Shown here: in pieces, positions 26,560 to 34,884 of the stretch
Layout of the letters: each line of letters begins with the position of its first letter
Numbering within the stretch: position 1 is the first letter of the stretch
Source of the DNA: Acidobacteriota bacterium
GTDB lineage: Bacteria > Acidobacteriota > Vicinamibacteria > Vicinamibacterales > UBA2999
Direction of reading: 5' to 3'
Length of the DNA: 64,000 bases
Assembly (NCBI GenBank): GCA_030697165.1
Contig: JAUYQQ010000004.1
Location: 205,390-269,389, forward strand
Translations under genes and position numbers: made by a program
Notes under the pieces: generated by a model
Told to the model about the DNA's origin: nothing
What the model saw: the letters and a program-made list of their open reading frames with translations, nothing else
The model's database searches: none

Positions 26560-28076
26560 TAACCTTCCTCCACATCGACGACGGTCACGCCGCCGATGCC
26601 ACCAGTGAGTTCCTTGAATGCGATGGCCGCCGAATCGGCCTGGTCGTCGTGGTCCGCATCGGGCACGTCGCAGAGTTCATCGAGCCAGTCCTCGTTCCAC
26701 GCGCCCTTGACCAGGCGCACGTTGCCCGCCTCGGCCTGCACCGAGAACGGCTTCCACCTGGTGGGCTTGTCGCCCGTCGCGCGATCACCGCTGTAGATCC
26801 AACCGGCGAGCTTCTTCTTTCGCTCGTTGACGACGGTCTTGCCCGAGCTGCCCGGCTCTTGCTCTTCGCGGATGCGAACGCCCTTGCCGTCGGCGTCGGC
26901 CGTTTGCTTGATCGTGCTGTCCACCACGCCGGACGACCACTGGCCGCGGACGACGTGCTCGACGTAGTAGATGCCGGCGGCCGTGCGCGACATCCTGGTG
27001 CCGACCGTGTAGTCGCCGCCGTCTTCGGTGGCCGCCACATCCCACCCACGTGCCCGGGTCGCCTCGGCCGGCGCGGCGTCCACGATCGGGAACCAATCAC
27101 GCTTGAAGGACTTGCCACCGGTCGGCCTGGGGTCCTGGCCGTGCAGCGCCGCATAGTCGGCTGAGCCCAGGTCTTTCTTGGCGGCCGCGTTCTCGACCTC
27201 ACCGAAGCGAGCCGGGCAGAGCAGCTCGCCCGCCCTGGTGCGCGGGTCCTTCCAGCCGATCGGCGTCATCACGACGGTCTTCTTCGGGTCGTATTCCGTC
27301 GACAACTTGAGATGCACATAGCCGTTGTCGATCGCCCAGCCGCCGACGTCCTTGATGTGACCGCGGTGACCAATCAGGATGCGGCAGCCGCTCTTCGAGT
27401 CGTTCAGGCGGTTGTGCCAGGTCTTGCGATACCAGTCGACGGTGGCCTCTCGGGTCGGCTTACTGTGGATCTCCTGGACGTTGTGCAGGTCGTCCCCGAT
27501 CAGCACATCACCGCCGCGGCCGAACGAGGTGCCGTGCACGGACGTCGAGATGCGGTAGCCGCGGGCGGTGTTCTCGTAGTGCGTCTTGATGTTCTGGTCG
27601 GTGGTCAGCCTGACCGACGCGCCCCAGTGCTGCTGATACCAGCTGCTTTCGATGATGCGACGGGACAGGACCGCGTGTTCCGTGCTCAGCGGCGCCGAAT
27701 ATGAAGCGCTCATGAAGCGCTTGCCAGGCCGGCGCGTCCACGACCAGGTCGGATAGATGACGGTGCAGGTGACGCTCTTGGTGTAGCGCGGACCGATCGC
27801 GATGAACAGGTTTCGGATCTCGCCGTCGTCAACGGCGCTGACGTGCTCACACATCGCGTCGATGTGATACCCAGGCACAAACGGCGTGCCAGGCTCGATG
27901 ATGGTCCAGGCCTCGCTGAAGAAGTCCCGCATCGTCAGCATCGGCCCGGTCGCTTCGGCTGGCAGCACGAGATCCGAAAAGCGCTCGAGCGCGTGCTCGA
28001 AGCCAGAAACCCGACGCGGTATCCCGAACCCGCTGAACGCGGCGGCGGCGCCGGCGAGGAATTCGCGGCGAGGCAT
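26559..28076 (-). CDS. terminase large subunit
   Basis: Start set at ATG 28076 (MPRREFLAG...), which overlaps the upstream stop (TGATG). Carries an ATPase-like region (...NLFIAIGPRYTKS... and ...DVLIGDDLHN...) and a C-terminal nuclease-like part. The 118-codon upstream extension of the track ORF is Arg-rich junk. Confidence 0.8.
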   Translation of the reverse strand: MPRREFLAGAAAAFSGFGIPRRVSGFEHALERFSDLVLPAEATGPMLTMRDFFSEAWTIIEPGTPFVPGYHIDAMCEHVSAVDDGEIRNLFIAIGPRYTKSVTCTVIYPTWSWTRRPGKRFMSASYSAPLSTEHAVLSRRIIESSWYQQHWGASVRLTTDQNIKTHYENTARGYRISTSVHGTSFGRGGDVLIGDDLHNVQEIHSKPTREATVDWYRKTWHNRLNDSKSGCRILIGHRGHIKDVGGWAIDNGYVHLKLSTEYDPKKTVVMTPIGWKDPRTRAGELLCPARFGEVENAAAKKDLGSADYAALHGQDPRPTGGKSFKRDWFPIVDAAPAEATRARGWDVAATEDGGDYTVGTRMSRTAAGIYYVEHVVRGQWSSGVVDSTIKQTADADGKGVRIREEQEPGSSGKTVVNERKKKLAGWIYSGDRATGDKPTRWKPFSVQAEAGNVRLVKGAWNEDWLDELCDVPDADHDDQADSAAIAFKELTGGIGGVTVVDVEEG

Positions 28077-28765
28077 CACGCCGTGCTCGCTCCCACGAGC
28101 TTCAGCCCGCGCTGCATGTCGCCTTGAATCGCCGCGAGGACCTTCCGGTCCGTGATGTTGGCGTGGATGGAGGAGGCGATCAGGTTCACCAGGTTCATCA
28201 CCTGGCCGAGGGCCACGCTCTGATGCAGGGTGCGTTCGCGGCGTGTTTCGGTGTCGAGCAGCTTCCGCTTCAGGTTGAAGGCGTCGTGAATCCCCGACCA
28301 CACCGAGGCCTCGGCCAGGCCGCTGCTCAGCGTCTCCTTCAACTTCACGAGGCCGGCCGCCGCGGCGGGCCCGTCCTTCTTGTCGAGCGCGACCCTGACC
28401 GCCTCGAGGTGCGCGTCGGCGGCCCGCCACGCCTTCTTGCCGGCGCCGCCATCGAGTTGCGACAGCAGCTCCGCGATGCGCGCATCCATCAGGGCGAGCT
28501 CCGAACGCAGGTTGAGCAGGTCAGGGTCGGCGAGGGCGGCTTCGTAGCGGTGCAAGATGCCGATGCCCTTCGGCAGGTCCTTCGAGAACTTGCCGTGCCG
28601 CAGGCTCGGGCTTTCAAGGCCGGCCAGGGACTTCCCACCGTGCAGACGGCAGCGGCCACCGCGCATGAGTTTCGTCGTCTGGCACTTGCCACCAGACTTC
28701 CGGCGAGCCGCGCAGATCGGCTCGCCTTTACCGTTCCGTCCGTGGACGGTCGTGTGTTCAGCCAT
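28076..28765 (-). CDS. putative terminase small subunit / DNA-recognition protein
   Basis: Lies directly upstream of TerL with an overlapping stop/start. The N-terminus is a basic Cys/His cluster (CAARRKSGGKCQTTKLMRGGRCRLHGG), followed by a helical body. Confidence 0.45.
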   Translation of the reverse strand: MAEHTTVHGRNGKGEPICAARRKSGGKCQTTKLMRGGRCRLHGGKSLAGLESPSLRHGKFSKDLPKGIGILHRYEAALADPDLLNLRSELALMDARIAELLSQLDGGAGKKAWRAADAHLEAVRVALDKKDGPAAAAGLVKLKETLSSGLAEASVWSGIHDAFNLKRKLLDTETRRERTLHQSVALGQVMNLVNLIASSIHANITDRKVLAAIQGDMQRGLKLVGASTA

Positions 28766-28928
28766 TGAATTGTTGAGAAATCGAGGAGAGCGGGACCGGA
28801 TGCGCGGCCGGCGGAAACGGCTGTGCGACGGCGTTCCGCTCGCCCTCGACCTGTTGAGGATGGGGTAAAAGCTCAGCGACTCGTGAGTAGAGAATTCTTC
28901 TAAACGCGCTGTATCGGCTGCTTGCGGC

Positions 28929-29219
28929 TCAGGATGTGGCCTTGTATGGGGTCTTCATCACTTCCTTGGGGTCGTCGCGACGCCTCGCGAGTCCGAGCTG
29001 CCGCAGAATATGCGGCAGCTCCAGCGCTCGCGGACAGTACTGCTGGCAATACCTCACGAACGTTGTCGGCGTGAATTTGTAGATCTTGCCCTTGCCAGGG
29101 CGGTCAATCTCGAAGTCAGCCCGAAGGCGGCCATCGCGCATCTCTCCGCGGACGAACTGCGCGGTCATTCCGAGCAGCTCGCCGAACTCCGCCGTGCTCA
29201 ACAGGATGATTGGAGTCAT
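28929..29219 (-). CDS. helix-turn-helix DNA-binding protein (excisionase/MerR-like fold)
   Basis: MTPIILLSTAEFGELLGMTAQFVRGEMRDGRL.... Start is an ATGA overlap with the MTase stop. Confidence 0.5.
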   Translation of the reverse strand: MTPIILLSTAEFGELLGMTAQFVRGEMRDGRLRADFEIDRPGKGKIYKFTPTTFVRYCQQYCPRALELPHILRQLGLARRRDDPKEVMKTPYKATS

Positions 29220-30505
29220 AGGACGTTGCGGCGCAGGCGACGGGCGCTGCCGCCTGTAAACGCCTCCCAGCGGTCGATCGCGACCTGCACATAGGTCGGA
29301 TTCAATTCGTTCGCGAAGATACGGCGGCCCAGTTGTTCGCCGGCTATCAGGGTGGACCCCGATCCTGAGAAGGGCTCGTAGACGTCCGTCGGTAGGTGAT
29401 TCCGGATAGGCCGCGCCATGCACTCGACCGGCTTCTGGGTGCCGTGGCCGTGCCCGCCGTCTTCGCGACTGGCGATCTCCCATACCGTTGATGTCGCCTC
29501 GCCGATGGCTGGCTCAACGCCTGGCTCCGCAACGCGCCACAGGGTGGTTTGCGTTCGGTCCGAGGTTCGCCGGGATGTTTCGCCGTCGCGGACGCCGTAC
29601 CAGCAGGGCTCGTGTTGCCAGTGATAATCGCCGCGGGACAGCGCGAGCCGGTCCTTCGCCCAGATGATCTGCGCGCGCAAGGTGAACCCAGCCCGTTGGA
29701 GCGACCCCTCGACGATCGACGACTTCAGGCCGGCGTGCCACACGTAGCACGCATCGCCAGGAAACAGCCGCCAGGCTTCGGTCCAGTCCGCGCGATCGTC
29801 GTTCAGGACCGTGCCCTGTTTCTGCGTGTTCTTATTGAGCCCCGCCTTTGCGCGCCAGCTCGGGTCGTATTCGACGCCATAGGGCGGGTCAGTGACCATC
29901 AGGCCCGGCGTCACGCCATCGAGCAACGCCGCCACGGCCGATGGATTGGTCGCGTCGCCGCATAAGAGGCGGTGCGAACCGAGCTGAAACAGGTCGCCGA
30001 GGCGGACGGTCGTGCTTCGTGGCGCCGGCACCTGGTCGGGGTCAGTGCGTCCGCCAGCCATCGGTAAGGCGCGCAACAGCTCCTCGAACTCGCGCTCGGT
30101 CCAGAGCGCTGAGAGGTCAACGCCCTGTGAAACAAACTCCTGCAGCAAGGCCGTGTCCCACTCCGCCAGCTCGCCGGCGCGGTTGTCGAAGAACGATAGA
30201 CGGGTCTTCTGATCAGGCGTCAGCCCGCGCCGGCGGACGGCCACGAGTTCATCGCCGTCGACGTCGATAATCCGGAGCTTGGTCAGCCCGAGCCGGCCGG
30301 CCGCGCGGCTCACGCCCTCACCAGCCAGGACGCAGCCATCCTCATCAATCACGATGCTCCTGGCGGCACCGACGTCAGCGAGCGCGGCTTCGATCATCGC
30401 GAGGTTCCGCTCCGGATGCCGCCGGGCATTCTTTGGGTCGAACTTGAGTTCGTCGAGGTTGCGCGGTTCTGCACTTTTCGTCCGTGTCTTTGCCTGTTTC
30501 GCCAT
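29216..30505 (-). CDS. ParB-like nuclease domain fused to an N6/N4 DNA methyltransferase
   Basis: N-terminus KFDPKNARRHPERNLAMIEAALADVGAARSIVIDEDGCVLAGEG (ParB N). The MTase part has the catalytic motif LMVTDPPYGV and the SAM motif YEPFSGSGSTLIAGEQLGR. Confidence 0.85.
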   Translation of the reverse strand: MAKQAKTRTKSAEPRNLDELKFDPKNARRHPERNLAMIEAALADVGAARSIVIDEDGCVLAGEGVSRAAGRLGLTKLRIIDVDGDELVAVRRRGLTPDQKTRLSFFDNRAGELAEWDTALLQEFVSQGVDLSALWTEREFEELLRALPMAGGRTDPDQVPAPRSTTVRLGDLFQLGSHRLLCGDATNPSAVAALLDGVTPGLMVTDPPYGVEYDPSWRAKAGLNKNTQKQGTVLNDDRADWTEAWRLFPGDACYVWHAGLKSSIVEGSLQRAGFTLRAQIIWAKDRLALSRGDYHWQHEPCWYGVRDGETSRRTSDRTQTTLWRVAEPGVEPAIGEATSTVWEIASREDGGHGHGTQKPVECMARPIRNHLPTDVYEPFSGSGSTLIAGEQLGRRIFANELNPTYVQVAIDRWEAFTGGSARRLRRNVL

Positions 30506-30714
30506 GCGGCGCCTACCTGACGCACTGGCCAGAACCGAAAGGTTCTGCCAGGCGGGGATGGGCGCTGCTGATACCAGCGTTCGTTGTCGCTCAGGACCTG
30601 GTCGAGGGTTACCGCCCTCTTCCAGGTCCGCCTTGCACTACCGTGAGGGTCGGTCGTCAGTCACTCGGCTGCCGGCCCTCGCGTTCCTGTCAGTTCCCCG
30701 AATAAGATCCGGTC

Positions 30715-31209
30715 ATGAACATCTTGGGCGACCTACTGATCGCGTTTCTCGCCACCGGCGGCGCGATCTGGGTCGGGCTCTATACGACCCGTCGCGTCAT
30801 CGCGCATCAGTTTCGGCCGGTCGTGCGGCCAGAGCCCTCGACGGGTGTGCCTCCCGAGATCGTTATCGAGAACATTGGCAACGGCATCGCGCTCGGCCTG
30901 ATGCTGTTCACGGATGCCGCCCACGGGTCGAAGCTGCTTGCGGAACGGAACGAGTTGCCAGCCGCCACACCTGGGGATCGCATCCAATGGCACCGCACGG
31001 GTTGGCCAGTGCCCACGCCCCTCGTCAAGGGCCATACCTACCGGCTGCTGTACCAAGACTTCGAGAACAAGTGGCACGAAACCGAGTTCGTCGTTCGCAA
31101 CTACGACGAGTTCGACGTCACGTTCCATGGCCCTCATAACCCGTGGGGTTCGCGAAGCCTCCCCGCGGAAGCGCGAACCCGTGGTCTGCGGGTTCGCCTC
31201 AAGAGTTAG
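30715..31209 (+). CDS. membrane-anchored hypothetical protein (opposite-strand cargo between the early and late operons)
   Basis: N-terminal helix ILGDLLIAFLATGGAIWVGLY, then a 140-aa soluble domain. It is the only plus-strand gene between 5.5 and 48 kb. Confidence 0.5.
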   Translation: MNILGDLLIAFLATGGAIWVGLYTTRRVIAHQFRPVVRPEPSTGVPPEIVIENIGNGIALGLMLFTDAAHGSKLLAERNELPAATPGDRIQWHRTGWPVPTPLVKGHTYRLLYQDFENKWHETEFVVRNYDEFDVTFHGPHNPWGSRSLPAEARTRGLRVRLKS

Positions 31210-31277
31210 ATTCCCACCGTGGCGATGCGTCATTTTATGGCCTGTTTTCTCAAAAACACCGTTAGGCGGTAATGCGG

Positions 31278-33062
31278 TTAGTCGAACAGCAACGCGCTGG
31301 CGGTCACGCCGCGGCCGTCCGCGTCGACGAGCTTCCGCGCGGCAAGTTTCTGGATGTAGGTGTCGCGGCTCGACCGCTTGTAGCCGGTGGACTCGCTCAG
31401 CGCGTCACGGGTGACGGTGTTCGGGTAGGCCGGCACCAGGGCGTCGAGGATGACGCGCTCGCCTTGTGGCAGCTCCCGTCGCCAGTGCTCGAGCAGCGCG
31501 GCGCCGGTTGGCAGGCGTTCGAAGTCAGGACCCAACGCGTCGAAGCCGGCGGCGGTTGCCGAGATGTTCGCGCCGGTGAACTCAATCATCCCGCGCTGAT
31601 TGAGTTGCTGCAGGTAGGTATCCCTGCTCGAGCGCTTGTAACCGGTCAGGACGGTCAGCTGCTCGCGGGTGACGCCGGCATCATGCTGCGCGATCGCCGC
31701 CAGGACGACGAGCTGGCCTTTACCCATGCCTTCCGGGTTGGCGGGTACTCCTTGACGGGTACTTGATGACGCGTGCCGCTTAACCGGTTGCGGGCGCATA
31801 ACTTGAGCCGGTTTGTGAATAATTCCCGCATAATTTGCGCCCGTTTCTACGTTGGCCGGCAGCCGGGTCAACTTGATAGCACCGGCGATCGCGGCTGCCT
31901 GGTCGCGGACCTGCAGGGAGAACGCTTCGAACTGGCTGGCGATGGCCAGGCCGCGGGCGGTGAGGTCCTCGGAGTACTTCTCGAGCTTGCTGACCAGCGC
32001 CTCGGCGCGCGCGAGCTGGCCATCCTTCAGGACCGGCTTCTCGATCGTCTTTGCGGCCGCCGGCGCCGCCTGCTGCTGGCCGATGACGTTCGATTGGCGC
32101 AACAGCATCCGGTGCGCCTCAGCTAGTTGCTTCTTCAGCTCGGCCGGGTCGTTGGCCTTCGCCTTCTCCGCGGTCGCCTTGATCTCCTCGCCGAGCGCTT
32201 CGAGGTCCGACTTCGCCAGGGTCTTGGGCGCGATCGCCTTGGCCTTGGCCGTCGGCGTGCTGCTGGCGTTGTAGGTCTCGCGCTCGGCGATGTGGATGCG
32301 CTGCGCGATGCGAAGCCACTGGGGCGACCAGATCAGGGCATCGCCGACCGGCAGCGTCGGGAGTTCCGCGGCCATGGCGGTGCCGGCGGCGGTGTTCTCG
32401 GCAGTCCAGCCGGCGATCGCCTTGCGCTCCTGCGGGCCATTGGTCTGGAACGCCAGCAGGACCTCGACCTGGTTGAGGACGTCCTTGTTGATAGCCTGCG
32501 GCCGCTGGGAGATCAGCGAGTTGCCGATGCCGTAGTTGCGGCCGACCTTGCCAATGTCCTCGAAGACGCCGACCATGCGGGCTTCCTCGCCGCGGACCAT
32601 TTGCGGCAAGTAGGCCTGCGCCTCTTCGATGAACAGGTGGCAGGCGGTCCGAGCGGTCTTCTTGCGGTGGAAGAACTGCTCGGCGAACGCGGTGGCGAAC
32701 CGTGTACGCTCAGCCTTGCGGAAGTGCATCACGTCGAGCACGACCGAGATGTGCTTGTCGACGATCAGGTCGGCCATGAGCTTGCCGCTTTCCGGCTGCA
32801 GCTCGACGTCGGCGTGTTCCCCGCCGAAGATGTAGACGTGCTCGAAGCCGGGCGCCTTGCCGTCCTTGGCCAAACGCAGCGACCACCAGATGCCGACCCA
32901 GTCCAGGGCGATCACCTGCGTGCCGGCGCCGAGGAGCAGCTCCGCGAGCTTCATGGCCGCGTAGCTCTTACCGGACCCGCTGCGGCCGATGAATCCGTAT
33001 TTCTGTGTGGCGGCCTCGTCGGCTGGCAGCGCCAGGTTGTTTGCAAGCTGCAGCTTCTTCAT
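31278..33062 (-). CDS. HerA/FtsK-like (DUF87-type) P-loop ATPase with coiled-coil linker and two C-terminal winged-helix repeats
   Basis: Walker A is GFIGRSGSGKSY and Walker B is CHLFIEEAQAY. ...NSLISQRPQAINKDVLNQVEVLLAF is typical of this clade. The C-terminus carries a duplicated ...TGYKRSSRDTY(L/I)Q(Q/K)L... module. Confidence 0.65.
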   Translation of the reverse strand: MKKLQLANNLALPADEAATQKYGFIGRSGSGKSYAAMKLAELLLGAGTQVIALDWVGIWWSLRLAKDGKAPGFEHVYIFGGEHADVELQPESGKLMADLIVDKHISVVLDVMHFRKAERTRFATAFAEQFFHRKKTARTACHLFIEEAQAYLPQMVRGEEARMVGVFEDIGKVGRNYGIGNSLISQRPQAINKDVLNQVEVLLAFQTNGPQERKAIAGWTAENTAAGTAMAAELPTLPVGDALIWSPQWLRIAQRIHIAERETYNASSTPTAKAKAIAPKTLAKSDLEALGEEIKATAEKAKANDPAELKKQLAEAHRMLLRQSNVIGQQQAAPAAAKTIEKPVLKDGQLARAEALVSKLEKYSEDLTARGLAIASQFEAFSLQVRDQAAAIAGAIKLTRLPANVETGANYAGIIHKPAQVMRPQPVKRHASSSTRQGVPANPEGMGKGQLVVLAAIAQHDAGVTREQLTVLTGYKRSSRDTYLQQLNQRGMIEFTGANISATAAGFDALGPDFERLPTGAALLEHWRRELPQGERVILDALVPAYPNTVTRDALSESTGYKRSSRDTYIQKLAARKLVDADGRGVTASALLFD

Positions 33063-33502
33063 GAGGGATGCACCCGATCGCGCGAGCCCTGGCGCATCTC
33101 TCGGAAATCAATCAGCGCAGCGTTGGCGCGGTCGGTGTCGAGGCCGATCTTCTCGGTGAGGAACTGGACGATCAGCTGATCGCTTACGGCGGCCTCGATC
33201 GCGCCCTGCAGCATGCCGACCACTTCGCGGGCCTTGTCGAGGTCCATCTGGGTCATCTCGCCATTGAGCTGGAAGTCGACCTTGCCCTGGCCATCGCGCC
33301 GGCTCACCAGCGAACTGACCGTGATGGCGGCGCCGGGCTGGCCGCCCTGGGACCTGAGGGCGATACCGTGCATGTCGATGACTTCGCCCTCGCGATCCTG
33401 CTGGAAGGCGTGGTCGTAGCCGGCGGCGCCGAGCAAGGCGCGCACCGCGCCGTAGACCGACCTGGGGACGTCGAGCACCGCGTACGTGTGGGTGCTCCTC
33501 AC
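33059..33502 (-). CDS. hypothetical protein
   Basis: A 147-aa ORF with a 4-nt overlap with the ATPase gene start. Confidence 0.45.
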   Translation of the reverse strand: MRSTHTYAVLDVPRSVYGAVRALLGAAGYDHAFQQDREGEVIDMHGIALRSQGGQPGAAITVSSLVSRRDGQGKVDFQLNGEMTQMDLDKAREVVGMLQGAIEAAVSDQLIVQFLTEKIGLDTDRANAALIDFREMRQGSRDRVHPS

Positions 33503-33702
33503 GCGCGCACCAACTGGCCATCTTCGTCACGGCGATACGCCTTGAACGACCCGCCGCTGAACTTTACGACGGGCTTACCTTCTCGCAGCCGCTGCTCGAC
33601 GCGATCGAGCGGGCATTCCAGGTGCGCGACGTCCGACGCCGGCACGCCATCGGCCACCGCCGCGGCCTGCGTGTCGTAGGTTCTTCCGGTTCTCATGTCC
33701 AT
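33499..33702 (-). CDS. hypothetical protein
   Basis: A 67-aa ORF whose start abuts the upstream stop (TAG ATG). Confidence 0.4.
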   Translation of the reverse strand: MDMRTGRTYDTQAAAVADGVPASDVAHLECPLDRVEQRLREGKPVVKFSGGSFKAYRRDEDGQLVRA

Positions 33703-34116
33703 CTACTCGTCCTCCAAGTCGCTATCGCTGAAACTGTGCAGATCGTCGTCTTCGTCGTCGAGCACGCAGTCGTGCTGGCAATCATCCGGGGCGTCCTGGT
33801 CGTGGTCTTCGAGGTCACAGTCGCAGGTCTCGCCACATGTCGGGCATTCGTGCCAAAGGCGTAGAATCGGGGCATGACTGGCCCGCCCAAGGAACGCGGC
33901 AGCGTTCGCCCGGTCACCATCGAAGGTGACCCCGATGAGCGCACCTACTACCCGGAGGTGCGGACCACGCAGGGCTCTGGACTCCAGCCGGGCAACATCG
34001 TGTGGCTCGAGCTCGGCGCCAGCTGGGCCACCATCGGCGGCCGCCAAGAGAAGGTGGGCGGCCAATGGCGCCAGGCCATCGTGGTTGCTGGCCCGCCACA
34101 AGGGTCTGGCGTTCAT
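33703..34116 (-). CDS. hypothetical protein with Cys cluster and strongly acidic C-terminal tail
   Basis: Start chosen at the ATG that overlaps the upstream stop (ATGA). The C-terminus is CPTCGETCDCDLEDHDQDAPDDCQHDCVLDDEDDDLHSFSDSDLEDE. Strand choice is uncertain (see the rejected plus ORF 33874..34164). Confidence 0.45.
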   Translation of the reverse strand: MNARPLWRASNHDGLAPLAAHLLLAAADGGPAGAELEPHDVARLESRALRGPHLRVVGALIGVTFDGDRANAAAFLGRASHAPILRLWHECPTCGETCDCDLEDHDQDAPDDCQHDCVLDDEDDDLHSFSDSDLEDE

Positions 34117-34559
34117 GTGCGGCTGTCTCCCGACCCGGCGACTGCGCCGCCCGAGCTGGGCTGAGCAGCGGCCCCGCCTGGCAGCCCGTAGAGGTCTTCG
34201 GTCTTCCGGCCCCAACGGGCTGACGCGCGTGGGCGTTCGCCGGCCTTCACGACCGTGCCGTCCTTCTTGAGCGTGTAGAGTGCGCCGTTCACCTGGTCCA
34301 TCGTGCCGGCACCGGCAGCCATCAACTCGCGCAGCGTCATCGGCCGCTCCGCGAGCAAGCGAGTAATCAGATCGCGCCGCTGATCGCGGCCGCTCCGGAC
34401 GGGCGCTGGCGGTTCAGGCGCCGAATCGGTGGACGTGAGGCCTAGGAACGACGGCGCGCCCTTGCGGTTGATCCGCTTGGTTGCGAAGCCTTTGTTCATG
34501 CCCCGTGTCTGCGAATCAGCCAGGGTGGCAACGTCGGCGTGTTGGTTCCGAATCGCCAT
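34113..34559 (-). CDS. winged-helix DNA-binding protein
   Basis: RRDLITRLLAERPMTLRELMAAGAGTMDQVNGALYTLKKDGTVVKAG. Start at MAIRNQ overlaps the upstream stop (TGATG). Confidence 0.5.
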   Translation of the reverse strand: MAIRNQHADVATLADSQTRGMNKGFATKRINRKGAPSFLGLTSTDSAPEPPAPVRSGRDQRRDLITRLLAERPMTLRELMAAGAGTMDQVNGALYTLKKDGTVVKAGERPRASARWGRKTEDLYGLPGGAAAQPSSGGAVAGSGDSRT

Positions 34560-34750
34560 CACTGCCGCTGCCTTTCCATGCTGTACAGGTTCGCCGGCTT
34601 CGGCGCCTGCGCATCGAACGGCTGGTCCCACTCGGCAAGGACCACCTCATGCCGTTCGAGTTTTCGCGCGAACCGCCAGGCCTGCACATGCCCAAGGGCA
34701 AAGCCAGCCGCAAGGCCGAGCAGCAGGAGAAGCAGGCTGTCGGCCGTCAC
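34559..34750 (-). CDS. small single-TM protein
   Basis: MTADSLLLLLLGLAAGFALGHV.... GTGA overlap with the preceding mini-ORF. Confidence 0.45.
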   Translation of the reverse strand: MTADSLLLLLLGLAAGFALGHVQAWRFARKLERHEVVLAEWDQPFDAQAPKPANLYSMERQRQ

Positions 34751-34872
34751 AACTCACCGTCCTCGCCGCTCTTGGCGGCTGCGAGGAGACACCCCGCCAC
34801 GATCAGCATCACGAGCATGCCGACGACAACCGTGATCACGATCACCCCGAGTGCTTCCATTGCTGCCTCCAT
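34747..34872 (-). CDS. 41-aa single-TM mini-protein (below the track cutoff)
   Basis: My translation: MEAAMEALGVIVITVVVGMLVMLIVAGCLLAAAKSGEDGEL*. Its stop overlaps the next GTG start. Confidence 0.35.
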   Translation of the reverse strand: MEAAMEALGVIVITVVVGMLVMLIVAGCLLAAAKSGEDGEL

Positions 34873-34884
34873 TTACCGAACCGA

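Noticed and set aside
28077-28430. 5' extensions of track ORFs: TerL 26559..28430, SbcC-like 41206..43899, also 6236..7009, 28929..29483, 22922..23401 and 34113..34631
   Set aside because: The extensions are Arg/Pro/Gly-rich and overlap the preceding gene extensively. In each case an internal ATG forms an ATGA/TGATG junction with the upstream stop, and the recognisable domain begins right after it.
28888-28902. AT-rich near-palindrome tagagaattcttcta in the 163-bp gap upstream of the TerS candidate, considered as a pac/cos site or late promoter
   Set aside because: The palindrome is imperfect and single-copy. Nothing in the sequence alone distinguishes a packaging site from a promoter, so it is too weak to call.
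30530-30547. Tight hairpin cagaacc-GAAA-ggttctg just upstream of the late operon, considered as a terminator or antiterminator target
   Set aside because: No T-run follows it on either strand, and I cannot show a Q-like antiterminator gene. It is recorded only as context in the finding for 30506-31277.
33874-34164. Plus-strand 96-aa ORF with high GC3 and a TAGAAT hexamer 8 nt upstream, which looks like a leaderless gene
   Set aside because: It is the exact antisense register (codon position 1 against position 3) of minus ORF 33703..34116. That minus ORF has an ATGA overlap with the upstream stop and a stop-ATG abutment downstream, like the rest of the operon. GC3 (80% versus 74%) and G at position 1 do not discriminate. 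I keep the minus-strand call at low confidence and flag the ambiguity.
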